39,052 bases of DNA from Malassezia furfur (lineage: Eukaryota), in NCBI GenBank assembly GCA_052055015.1, contig JBQJIT010000058.1. One strand, given 5' to 3'. Shown here piece by piece: positions 20,006-29,494 of the stretch. The translations under genes and the position numbers were made by a program. Position 1 is the stretch's first letter, and each line of letters begins with the position of its first letter. The notes beneath the pieces are model-generated. The model was not told where the DNA came from. It ran no database searches and saw nothing but the letters and a program-made list of their open reading frames with translations.

Positions 20006-20199
20006 TCGGCTCGCACTCGGTAGTCGATAGAGTGGGAATACAGCGTACGTGCTGAAATCGCACACACGCACGCGCCGCCTCGGCGCCGCCGCCGGGCGAG
20101 GCGCGCCCAGCGTCGGACATATGGAATGTTCGCGACACGTAATATTTGGCCTGCTAGGTAATTGGAAAATTCGCGGCCACAGCGCTGCCCTCAGCAACG

Positions 20200-21939
20200 A
20201 TGACCGACGGAGCGCAAGCGGCGTTCCCCGAGCATGATGGTGCGTAGTGTGCGCTAACGCAGCATCGAGTCCATTTCATTTCGCGAAGCAAGAGGAGGCG
20301 GTGATGGCGTACTGGAACGCGATTGACGCGTTCAAGACGCAGCTCGCCAACTCAAAAGGGAAGAAGCCCTTCTCGTTCTACGATGGCCCGCCGTTCGCGA
20401 CCGGTCTGCCGCACTATGGCCACCTGCTTGCGGGTACGGTGAAGGACATTGTGACGCGCTTTGCGACGAGCACGGGTCACTACGTCGACCGCCGCTTCGG
20501 CTGGGACTGCCACGGCCTGCCGGTGGAGCACGAGATTGACAAGAAGCTCGGTGTGCGCGGCAAGGACGACATCCTGAAGATGGGCATTGCGCAGTACAAT
20601 GCCGAGTGCCGTGCGATTGTCATGCGCTACCAGTCCGAGTGGCGCGCGACCGTCGAGCGCATGGGTCGCTGGATCGACTTCGACCATGGCTACCGGACGA
20701 TGGACACCAACTTTATGGAGACCGAGTGGTGGGTGTTCAAGACGCTCTTCGACAAGGGCCAGGTGTACCGTGGCCTGCGCGTGATGCCCTACTCGACGGG
20801 CCTTACCACGCCCCTGTCCAACTTCGAGGCGGGCAGCAACTACAAGGAGGTGCAGGACCCGGCGGTGACGGTTGCCTTTGTGCTCCGCGACGACCCCACG
20901 ACCGCGTTCCTGGCATGGACGACCACGCCCTGGACGCTGCCGAGCAACCTCGCGGTGTGTGTGCACCCCGACCTGGACTATGTCAAGATCTGGGACGAGG
21001 AGCGCCAGCGCCACTTTATTCTGTGCGACAAGCTGCTCGGCACCGTGTACAAGGACCCGAAGAAGGCCAAGATCAAGACCGTGGAGAAGTACAAGGGCAA
21101 GGACCTGGGCGGTATCAAGTTTGTTCCGCTGTACAACTACTTCTACGAGCAGTTCAAGGACCGCGCGTTCCGTGTGCTGGTCGACACCTACGTCACGGCC
21201 GAGACGGGTACGGGTGTTGTGCACCAGGCGCCTGCATTTGGTGAGGATGACTACCGCGTTGCGCTCGAGCACGGCGTGATCGACAAGGAGACGCAGCCGC
21301 CGTGCCCGATCGACGAGAGCGGCCGCTTCCTGCCGGTGGTCACCGACTTCGCCGGGCAGTACGTCAAGGACGCGGACAAGAACGTGCAGAAGGACCTCAA
21401 GGGGCGTGACCTGTTGATTGTCCAGAGCACGATTCGCCACCAGTACCCATTTTGCTGGCGCTCCGGCACGCCGCTCATCTACCGCGCGATCCCGGCGTGG
21501 TTCGTGCGTGTGGAGAGCATTCAGGGCGAGCTGCAGGCGAACAACCAGAAGACGCGCTGGGTGCCGCAGACCATCGGCGAGAACCGCTTCGGGAATTGGA
21601 TCGCGGCCGCGCGCGACTGGAACGTGTCGCGTAACCGCTACTGGGGCACACCCATCCCGTTGTGGGTCAGCGACGACTTTGAGGAGGTGGAGTGCATCGG
21701 CAGCATCGCCGAGCTCGAGGAGCGCTCGGGGCGCACGGGCATCACAGACTTGCACCGCGACCACATCGACCCCATCACGCTGCCGTCGCGCCAGGGCAAG
21801 GGCACGCTGCGCCGCGTCGAGGAGGTGTTTGACTGCTGGTTCGAGTCGGGCAGCATGCCGTATGCCCAGGCGCACTACCCCTTCGAGAACCGCGAGACGT
21901 TTGAGGCGAGCTTCCCGGCCGACTTCATCTCGGAGGGCC

Positions 21940-21972
<33 letters not shown>

Positions 21973-23477
21973 TTATCCTCGGCACGCACCTGTTTGGCAC
22001 CGCGCCGTGGAAGAACCTGATCGTCTCGGGTCTCGTCCTTGCCGCGGACGGCAAGAAGATGAGCAAGTCGCTGCGCAACTTCCCCGACCCGAGCCTGGTG
22101 ATCGACCGCTACGGCGCCGACGCCGTGCGCATGTACATGATCAACTCGCCCATCGTGCGCGCCGAGAACCTGCGCTTCCGTGAGGAAGGTGTCAAGGACA
22201 TGATCGCCTCCGTGTTCCTCCCGTGGCTGAACAGCTTCCGCTTCTTCCTTGCGCAGGTTGTCCTGCTCAAGAAGGACACGGGCGTCGACTTCCAGTTCGA
22301 CCCGAATGCGCCGCTCTCGGAGAACGTCATGGACCGCTGGGTGCTTGCGCGGTGCCAGAGCCTGATCGCGTTTGTGCGCCAGGAGATGGAGAACTACCGC
22401 CTCTACACGGTCGTGCCCCGCCTGCTCACCATGATCAACGAGCTGACCAACTGGTACATCCGCTTCAACCGCAAGCGTCTCAAGGGTGAGAACGGCAAAG
22501 AGGACACGATCGCGGCGCTCAACACTCTCTTTGAGACGCTCATGACCGTATGCCGCACCATGTCGAGCTTCACGCCCTTCCTCACGGAGAACCTGTACCA
22601 GGGCCTGCGCAAGTTCCTCCCCCCGGCGAAGGACGACGGCATCGACTACCGCTCGGTGCACTTCCTGCCCTTCCCCGAGGTGCGCGAGGACTGCATGGAC
22701 CCGGTGATCCAGCGCCGCTTCAGCGCGCTGCAGAGCGTCATCGAGCTCGGCCGCGCCATGCGCGAAAAGAAGAACCTGCCGCTGCGTGTGCCGCTGCGCG
22801 AGCTCACCGTGTTCCACTCGGACAAGCAGTTCCTCGACGACGTGCAGTCGCTCGCCGGCTACGTCGAGGAGGAGCTCAACATCCGCGACCTGGTCCTGTC
22901 GCAGGACGAGGACCGCTGCGCGGTGCGCTTCAAGCTGCTCGCGGACTGGCCGACGCTGGGCAAGAAGCTGCGCAAGGACATGGGCAAGGTCAAGAAGGGC
23001 CTCGACCAGGTCAACTCGGCGCAGGCCAAGGAGTACATGGAGTGCAACCAGATCACCATCGAGGGCATCCCGCTCGGCGAGGGCGACCTGCGTGCGCTGC
23101 GCTACGTCGACGAGGCGGCGCTTGCGTCGCACATCCTCAGCGACACCGATGGTCAGGTCGTTGTCCTGCTCGACACCGAAGTGCACCCCGAGCTCCAGGC
23201 GGAGGGTGCCGCGCGTGACGTGATCAACCGCATCCAGCGCCTGCGCAAGAAGGCGGGGCTGCAGCCCACGGATGCCATCGACTACTTCTACCGCTTCACC
23301 GAGGGCATGGCCGATGCGCTCGACGATGTGATGAAGACGCAGTCGGAGGTGTTCACGCGCAACCTGCGCCGCGTCCCGCGCCCCGCCGCCGAGCTCCCGG
23401 AGGGCGCCGAGGTCGTGTTCGAGGAGGAGCAGGAGGTGAACGACGCCAAGTTTATGCTGACGTTGGTGCGTGCATAG
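20200..23477 (+). CDS. ILS1: Cytosolic isoleucyl-tRNA synthetase
   Basis: FYDGPPFATGLPHYGH (HIGH motif), GWDCHGLP, WTTTPWTLP, KMSKS. Exon 1 20200..20239, 23-nt intron 20240..20262, exon 2 20263..23477. Confidence 0.97.
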
Positions 23478-23488
23478 AAAAATCCAAG

Positions 23489-24166
23489 CTAGCGTCTACT
23501 GGACCCAAAATTCGCAAACCCCATCGCCGCCATCATCGCCGCATCATCCGGCGTTGCGGGCGGCGGCGTCGGTGCTCGCTTCGCTTCCTTGCGCCGCGCA
23601 CGCTCCTCGCGCCGCCGCTGCCGCTGTGCCTCGTGCTCGGCGCGCTGTTCCTGCGCAATCTGCCGGATGCGCGCGTCAAAGTCGTACCGTTCTGCGGCCG
23701 TGCGCCCCAGCGCACGCTCCGCACGCACCGCCGCGAGCTTGGCACGCACCTGATCGAGCGTCGAGCGCGCTGTTTGCGTCGTCTGGCCCAGGCGCCGCAG
23801 GTGCATCCGTCCGTTGATGTGGTCCAGGTAGCCGACGCTGTCCTTGCACATGCGCTTGCACAGCTCGCAGTAGTAGCCTGGCCCCCGCTGTCCGCCACGC
23901 GCATCATCGACCATAGTTGTGGTGCCCAAATTCGCGTCGAGCGACAGGTCGCCGTGCGCTTGCATCGTCTGCGTCGGCTTCGGCAGGTCGTTGCGTCGAC
24001 GGCCGAGCGGGCGCTTGCCCTGCTTGACGCGCTCCTCGTTCTCTGCGGCACGCTCGCGGTGCTCGCGATCTCGCTCGCGCGCGCGCTGTGTATACGCCTC
24101 AACATCCCACTGTCGCCGCGAGGGGCCGACGCCGGCGCCGCCAGCGGCGGACGCGTGGCCGCTCAT
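23489..24166 (-). CDS. SNU23: U4/U6.U5 tri-snRNP component Snu23/ZMAT2 (matrin-type zinc finger)
   Basis: RRQWDVEAY, GYYCELC...KDSVGYLDHINGRMH, STLDQVR, C-terminal MMAAMGFANFG. Confidence 0.92.
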   Translation of the reverse strand: MSGHASAAGGAGVGPSRRQWDVEAYTQRARERDREHRERAAENEERVKQGKRPLGRRRNDLPKPTQTMQAHGDLSLDANLGTTTMVDDARGGQRGPGYYCELCKRMCKDSVGYLDHINGRMHLRRLGQTTQTARSTLDQVRAKLAAVRAERALGRTAAERYDFDARIRQIAQEQRAEHEAQRQRRREERARRKEAKRAPTPPPATPDDAAMMAAMGFANFGSSRR

Positions 24167-24198
24167 GGTGGAGGAAGCGGCGCGTGGCTCCTCCACTC

Positions 24199-24754
24199 AT
24201 GGCGCAGGTCAATCCGTAAGTGGGGCGCATGGCTCACCCAGCGTGCTGGCACTGGTCAGCCGCGCCGACTCGCTGGCAAACGGTAGGTGCACGCGCTCAT
24301 GCAGGTTTCAATAATGTGTACCAACAGACGCTGCCCGCCGTCGATGCGCTGGCGCCGCTGCACCCCGACGACCCCCAGTGCGAGCCGTTTTTGCAGGTGC
24401 TGCGCGACGGCCTGACGGCGATGGAGGGATACACGGAGCAGATGGTCAACATGCTGTATGAGGTCGATGTGTACCTCGCGCCATCCACGACGCAGTCTGC
24501 CGCAGGTTTCAACCCGCAGGAAGCACTCTCGCACGTCTCGGATCTCTTCCACGTACGTCGGCGCGCGCCGCGCAGGCTGACCCCAGAGCTACCAGGCCGA
24601 GCTGCTCGCCAAGCGCGAGGCGCTGGCCGACTACACGTGCGAGGATATCACGCCGCAGCAGTTTGCCGCGCAGTGGCGCACCCTCGACGAGGTCCAGGCC
24701 GGGCGCAAGCAGGAGATGGACGACTTGGCCGACTTGTTGGCCCAGTTTGGCTAG
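24199..24754 (+). CDS. Uncharacterised 157-aa helical protein (4 exons)
   Basis: Exons 24199..24215, 24242..24282, 24305..24552, 24587..24754 are joined by three consensus introns (26, 22, 34 nt) into one open frame MAQVNPVLALVSRADSLANGFNNVY...LFHSYQAELLAKRE...LLAQFG. Confidence 0.75.
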
Positions 24755-24762
24755 CTACCGAC

Positions 24763-26121
24763 CTACAGGTGGGTTTGCATCTGCGACGCACCCACGGGCA
24801 CATGCTGCGCGGCGCCACGCATCGCCTTGTAGCGCAGCACCTGCTGCACGTAGTCGTCAAACAGCTCGTTGGTATCTTCGGGTCCACCGGCGTGCTCAGG
24901 GTGGAACTGCACGCCCCAGACGGGTGCCTTGTTGGTGTTACCCTCGAGCGCCTCGGTGCGCACGATGCCCTCAATGCTCCAGTCGTTGGCGTTGACGAAC
25001 CACGGCTTCCAGCCCTCGGGCCACGCATCCTCGCCTGTCTCCGAGTAGGCCAGCGCATACCCATGGTTCTGCGAGGTGATGTACACACGGCCGGCCTGCA
25101 CGCTCATGTTGCCCGAGCCGAGGGCGAGCACGGGCTGGTTGTGGCCACGGTTGCCAAACTTCATGCGGTACGCACGCAGCCCGATGGCGCACCCGATTAC
25201 CTGGCTGCCCATGCAGATCCCAAACACCGGGCGGTCCCACTCGGCGATCGTCTTGGCGACCGTGGTGATGGCAGGCCCGATCGAGTTGGGGCTCCCCGGC
25301 CCATTGCTCAGGAACAGGCCGTCAAACTGGTCGCGTACTGCGTTAAAGTCGTAGTTCCACGGCAGCACCGTCACCGTAACGCCCTGGCGGAGCAGCGAGC
25401 GCAGAATGTTGGCCTTGGAACCAAAGTCGAGCAGCGCAATGTGCGCGCGCGCCGCCGCAGCGCCACCGACGGGCTGGATGGTGTACGGCTCCTTGGTCGA
25501 GACACGGGCAATCAGGTTGTCGGCCATGGGGTCGTGGTACTCGGCCGCATCCGGCACGCGTTGGGCGTCCTCGCCGACGAGGATCGCGCCGAGCGTCGAC
25601 CCCTGGTTGCGCAGCAGCGTCGTGAGTGCACGCGTGTCGACGCCCTGGATGCCGGGCACGTTGTGGCGCGCGCACCAGCTCGCGAGCGACTCGTACGCCT
25701 GGAAGTGCGAGAAGCGCTCGCACAGCTCGCTCACAATGACGCCGGCGGCCTGCACGCCGCGCGACTCGAGAAAGCAGCCTACGTCGACGTCCGCGGGGTG
25801 CTCGCGAGCGGAGCCTGGCATGCTGTTGTCCGGCACACCGTAGTTGCCGATCAGCGGCGTCGTAAAGGCCAGCAGCTGGCCCTGGTACGACGGGTCGGTG
25901 AGCGAGTCGGTGTACGACGTGATCGCCGTGGTGAACACCGTCTCGCCAAACACGCTATGCTGCGCGCCGAACGAGCGGCCCGGGAACGTCTGGCCCGTTT
26001 TGAGGCGCAGCACTGCCGGCTGCGGCGTGGGCGCCGGCGACCAGGTGGTCAGGGTGCGCTGCGCTGCCGCCCAGCGCACGGGCCGGGCAGCGATACGAGA
26101 AGCGAAAGAAACAGGAAGCAT
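24763..26121 (-). CDS. CPA1: Arginine-specific carbamoyl-phosphate synthetase small (glutaminase) subunit, mitochondrial precursor
   Basis: Presequence, GETVFTT, TDPSYQGQ, PLIGNYGVP, GVDTRALT, LSNGPG, catalytic GICMG and QFHPE. Confidence 0.96.
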   Translation of the reverse strand: MLPVSFASRIAARPVRWAAAQRTLTTWSPAPTPQPAVLRLKTGQTFPGRSFGAQHSVFGETVFTTAITSYTDSLTDPSYQGQLLAFTTPLIGNYGVPDNSMPGSAREHPADVDVGCFLESRGVQAAGVIVSELCERFSHFQAYESLASWCARHNVPGIQGVDTRALTTLLRNQGSTLGAILVGEDAQRVPDAAEYHDPMADNLIARVSTKEPYTIQPVGGAAAARAHIALLDFGSKANILRSLLRQGVTVTVLPWNYDFNAVRDQFDGLFLSNGPGSPNSIGPAITTVAKTIAEWDRPVFGICMGSQVIGCAIGLRAYRMKFGNRGHNQPVLALGSGNMSVQAGRVYITSQNHGYALAYSETGEDAWPEGWKPWFVNANDWSIEGIVRTEALEGNTNKAPVWGVQFHPEHAGGPEDTNELFDDYVQQVLRYKAMRGAAQHVPVGASQMQTHL

Positions 26122-26135
26122 GAACGGTGGGTGGA

Positions 26136-26201
26136 TTACGCAGCAGTCGACTTGAACACGGAAACAATGATGTAGTCGTCCCTGGTCAGCTGGGTGAACA
26201 T
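26136..26201 (-). CDS. Upstream ORF encoding an arginine attenuator peptide (AAP)-like 21-mer, MFTQLTRDDYIIVSVFKSTAA
   Basis: ATG 26201 to TAA 26136, ending 14 nt before the CPA1 ATG. Its T-x-x-D-Y-I-x4-aromatic-K spacing matches fungal AAPs (yeast ...TCQDYISDHIWK...). Confidence 0.82.
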   Translation of the reverse strand: MFTQLTRDDYIIVSVFKSTAA

Positions 26202-26254
26202 CAGTTGCAAAGGAGGCGCAAGCGCCGCGTGCCGTGATAAGGCAGCTGCCCACG

Positions 26255-26270
26255 TTAGTCAGCATGACTC
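26255..26270. promoter_or_regulatory. Pair of Gcn4/CPC-1-like sites (TTAGTCA and TGACTC) upstream of the CPA1 uORF
   Basis: Sequence TTAGTCAGCATGACTC. CPA1/arg-2 is a known general-amino-acid-control target in yeast and Neurospora. Confidence 0.5.
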
Positions 26271-26308
26271 GGTGTGCGGGGCCGCGGTTCGTGGCTCGAG
26301 CGACCTGC

Positions 26309-28099
26309 ATGCCGGACGTGGCGCCCGTGCTCGCGTCGTGGCGCGAGCTGCGGTTCGCGGCCCTCCAAACGGAGCTGGCCGCGCTCGCGCCGCAGCTCGC
26401 CGATGCACAACGGAATGCACTCGTCTCGCGCAAATCCCTTGCGGACCGCACACGCGAGTTCAAACGGCAGTCGCCCGAGAGCCAGCTCGAGGGGATCCGT
26501 GCGCTGCTCAAGGCGTACCAGGGCGAGATTGATGCACTCACCACGCGCGCCAAGCATGCCGAGGGCGTCGTGATGGACCTCGAGACGCGGCTGCGTCCCG
26601 CCGCCGATCCTTTCCCGGTGCTCGAGACGCTGGCGACGCAGGCGGACGCCGCCCAGGACATCGACGCGATGCGTGCCGAGCTCGCGCACGCCATCGAGCA
26701 ACGCGACACCGTACAGAGCCAGTACGCGGCCGCCGAGGCGCGCATCAGCGAGCTCGTTCAGCGCGACGCCGCCGTCGCGTCCGACGCCGCAGCGCGTGTC
26801 GATGAGGCGCGCGCCGACGCCGAGCGGCGCGCCGCGGACCGCGAAGCGTCCCTGCGCCGCGAAATCACCGCGCTACAGGGGCACCTGCGTGAGCTGCGCG
26901 CGAGCCACGAGCAAGTCTCGACGCAGCTCCTCTCTGCGCCGTCCGAGGCGCCGAGCGACGCGCATGCCGAGCAGGTTGCAACGCTCATGCAGCACCTTCA
27001 GGACGCCAATGCGCGCGCTGCCCAGGCCGAGCGCCGCGTCGCAGCGCTGCGGGCCGAGTCCGAGCAGGCACGCACCGAAGAGACACAGCTCCGCCGCCAG
27101 CAGGTCGTGCACCTGCAGGCGCGACTCGCCGAGCTCGAGCGCACCCAGGCGCAGCAGCGCGACACACAGGCCCAGCGTGAGGCCGATGCACAGCGCGCGG
27201 GTGACGCACAGCGTGCACAACTTGTACAGCGTGCCGAGACGGCCGAGGCGGACGTCGTGGCTCTTCGGCAGGCGCTTGCGCAGCGCGCCGACTACGACGA
27301 GATGAAGCGCGAGCTTGCCGTGCTCAAGGCGGTCGAGTTTGCGGGGGAAGAAGACGATGCCAACGCCGACGCCGACGCCGAAGGAGCGCCGCGCGGGGCG
27401 TCGTCGCTCGAGACGCACCTCGTGCGGCGCAATCGCAAGCTGCAGGATGAGCTGGCGACGCTGCGTGCGAGTGTGACCGACTTCCAGCGGCGCACGGCAC
27501 AGAGTGACACAGAGCTGGATGCGCAGCGCTCGCGCATCCACGAGCTCGAAGCACTCACGAAACGTCTCGAGACCGACCTGCTGCACGCTGCGCCCGAGGC
27601 GCCCGAGACGCCGAGCGCTGGTACGTCGGGCCTGCTGCCGATCGTCACGAGCCAGCGCGACCGCTTCCGGCAGCGGAACGCGGAGCTGGAGCAGGAGCTG
27701 CGCACGCAGCTCGAGGCGATGTCTGAGCAGCGTGGCGAGATCAAGCGGCTCCAGGCGGACAATGTGGCCATGTACGAAAAAGTGCGCTACCTGCAAAACT
27801 ACGGCAAGAGCGCACCCACCGAGATGCCGTACCCCCCCACGGCTCGAGGCGATACCGAGAGCGCCTACCGCGCGCGGTACGAGCAGAGCATCAATCCCTT
27901 TGAAGTGTTCCGTGGCCAGGAGCAGTCGCGTGCGCTCGCGAGTCTGAGCCCTGTCGACCGCTTGCTACATGTATTTACGAGTGCGGTGCTGGGCAACGCA
28001 CAGATGCGCCTGGTGTTTGTGTGTTATGCAGTGGTGCTGCACCTGCTCGTGTTTGGCATCCTGCTCGACGTCGGCCACCGCGCGGTGGAGGCTCAGTAG
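26309..28099 (+). CDS. COY1: Golgi coiled-coil membrane protein CASP/Coy1
   Basis: LLKAYQGEIDALTTRAK, DYDEMKRELAVLKAVEF, LLPIVTSQRDRFRQRNAELE, LQADNVAMYEKVRYLQ, C-terminal TM with Y...LH. The ATG at 26309 is the inferred start. Confidence 0.93.
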   Translation: MPDVAPVLASWRELRFAALQTELAALAPQLADAQRNALVSRKSLADRTREFKRQSPESQLEGIRALLKAYQGEIDALTTRAKHAEGVVMDLETRLRPAADPFPVLETLATQADAAQDIDAMRAELAHAIEQRDTVQSQYAAAEARISELVQRDAAVASDAAARVDEARADAERRAADREASLRREITALQGHLRELRASHEQVSTQLLSAPSEAPSDAHAEQVATLMQHLQDANARAAQAERRVAALRAESEQARTEETQLRRQQVVHLQARLAELERTQAQQRDTQAQREADAQRAGDAQRAQLVQRAETAEADVVALRQALAQRADYDEMKRELAVLKAVEFAGEEDDANADADAEGAPRGASSLETHLVRRNRKLQDELATLRASVTDFQRRTAQSDTELDAQRSRIHELEALTKRLETDLLHAAPEAPETPSAGTSGLLPIVTSQRDRFRQRNAELEQELRTQLEAMSEQRGEIKRLQADNVAMYEKVRYLQNYGKSAPTEMPYPPTARGDTESAYRARYEQSINPFEVFRGQEQSRALASLSPVDRLLHVFTSAVLGNAQMRLVFVCYAVVLHLLVFGILLDVGHRAVEAQ

Positions 28100-29400
28100 A
28101 GCAGCGCCCCCACCGAGCCGAGTCCGAGGAGCAGACACACGAAGAAGGGCACGCCGAGCGACGCCGCGCCCGCCGTGTGGATCGCCGGCCCGAACAGGGT
28201 GCCGTTATTGTTCGTCTCGCGCAGCGCCGCGAGGCCAACGCGCCGCGGCTCGCCGCCATCCAGGACCGTATAGACATTTTTCATAAAGGCCGCGCCCATA
28301 AGCCACCGCTTGGCGTTCGCGGTGCCCTGCAACGCGTACAGTGCACCCATGCACCGCTCGCCGTCGATCGCATCGTTGTCTGTCTGAATGACCATCGCAC
28401 GGAAATCGGCATTGTTCAGGTAGTACTTGCGCTGACCAAACGAGAAGGAGATGTTGGGCTGCGCCGCGCACGGGTACGTAAAGTGCCCCTTGTTTTGCGG
28501 CATGGGCTTCGACCCGGGGATCTTGGTATACACGCGGTGCACCACGTCGCTGGGGCCGCCAATCAGCGCTGTGCCTGTATCGAAAAACGCTTGGGTATCA
28601 CGGGGGAGATGGATGTGGGCGCCCTCCACTGCCAGCCCGTTGAGCGGCACCTGCCAGTGCCGCTTGTCGGTGACTTGGATGTAGTCAATGTCGCCCTCAT
28701 ACAGCGACGTATTCGCGCCGCCGAGCGTCAGGACGCCGCCGGCCTTGTTGTTTGCGCCCTGGCCAGGGTGAGGATCGCGTTTCAGGTACACGCCCATCAC
28801 GCGGGGGCTCAGATTCGACGCGGCCCAGAACGGTTGCGCATGCAGAACGGATAGGTCCGGCAGTGCAAGGCCCAGGATGCCCGTCACATTGGTCGGCAGC
28901 GTGAGGTGCTCGCTGTGGTTGACGACTCCGAAGTACTGCGGGTCGGCGACGACGCCACCGATCGCGACGCGGTCGCTCGCCGCGTACCCCTGTGCAGAGC
29001 CGACATTGTAGGTGAGTGAAAACGGCTTGTTGAGCGTCTTGTAGGTACGAGACTTCTTGGGCATGTACGACCGCGACGAGAGCCACAGGTCGGCAGAGCC
29101 CGTATCCACAACCACCTGGTGCTCTTTGGGCGGCGTACCGACGTCAATGGTCGCCGTCCACATCCCATCGTGGCGGTAATTCAGTAGCGGTGCAGGCTGC
29201 AGGCTGCGACGGTCGTAGCGCGTATATTTGCGGTGGACGTAGTCGTCGTGCGCGTCGACCCAAGCCACGGCCTCGGCGTAGGACGCGGCGCTCACGGGCG
29301 TCGCAGGCGGAGTGAGCGCGACATGCGTGACATTCGAGGCACACACCAGTGTCAGGAGTGGCACAAGCAGCGCCACCCAGCGCACCAGGCTGTTCGCCAT
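28093..29400 (-). CDS. Secreted, probably GPI-anchored aspartyl protease (A1 pepsin family)
   Basis: Signal peptide, propeptide ending in RR, catalytic DTGS and DTGT, hydrophobic C-terminal tail preceded by small residues. Intronless. Confidence 0.92.
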   Translation of the reverse strand: MANSLVRWVALLVPLLTLVCASNVTHVALTPPATPVSAASYAEAVAWVDAHDDYVHRKYTRYDRRSLQPAPLLNYRHDGMWTATIDVGTPPKEHQVVVDTGSADLWLSSRSYMPKKSRTYKTLNKPFSLTYNVGSAQGYAASDRVAIGGVVADPQYFGVVNHSEHLTLPTNVTGILGLALPDLSVLHAQPFWAASNLSPRVMGVYLKRDPHPGQGANNKAGGVLTLGGANTSLYEGDIDYIQVTDKRHWQVPLNGLAVEGAHIHLPRDTQAFFDTGTALIGGPSDVVHRVYTKIPGSKPMPQNKGHFTYPCAAQPNISFSFGQRKYYLNNADFRAMVIQTDNDAIDGERCMGALYALQGTANAKRWLMGAAFMKNVYTVLDGGEPRRVGLAALRETNNNGTLFGPAIHTAGAASLGVPFFVCLLLGLGSVGALLY

Positions 29401-29494
29401 CGACCACGCACAGCCGACGCGATACGGTGTGACAGGGGGTGGGGGCCTCCACCCTTAGTCAGCGAGGGTCGCTGCGCCGCGCGTCGTCACAACC

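Noticed and set aside
20352..23186. 944-aa antisense ORF opposite ILS1 (likewise 5297..7516, 24220..26175, 32892..34601 and many others)
   Set aside because: Shadow ORFs caused by strong GC3 codon bias on the real coding strand. They show no family motifs and have Arg/Ala/Val-rich composition.
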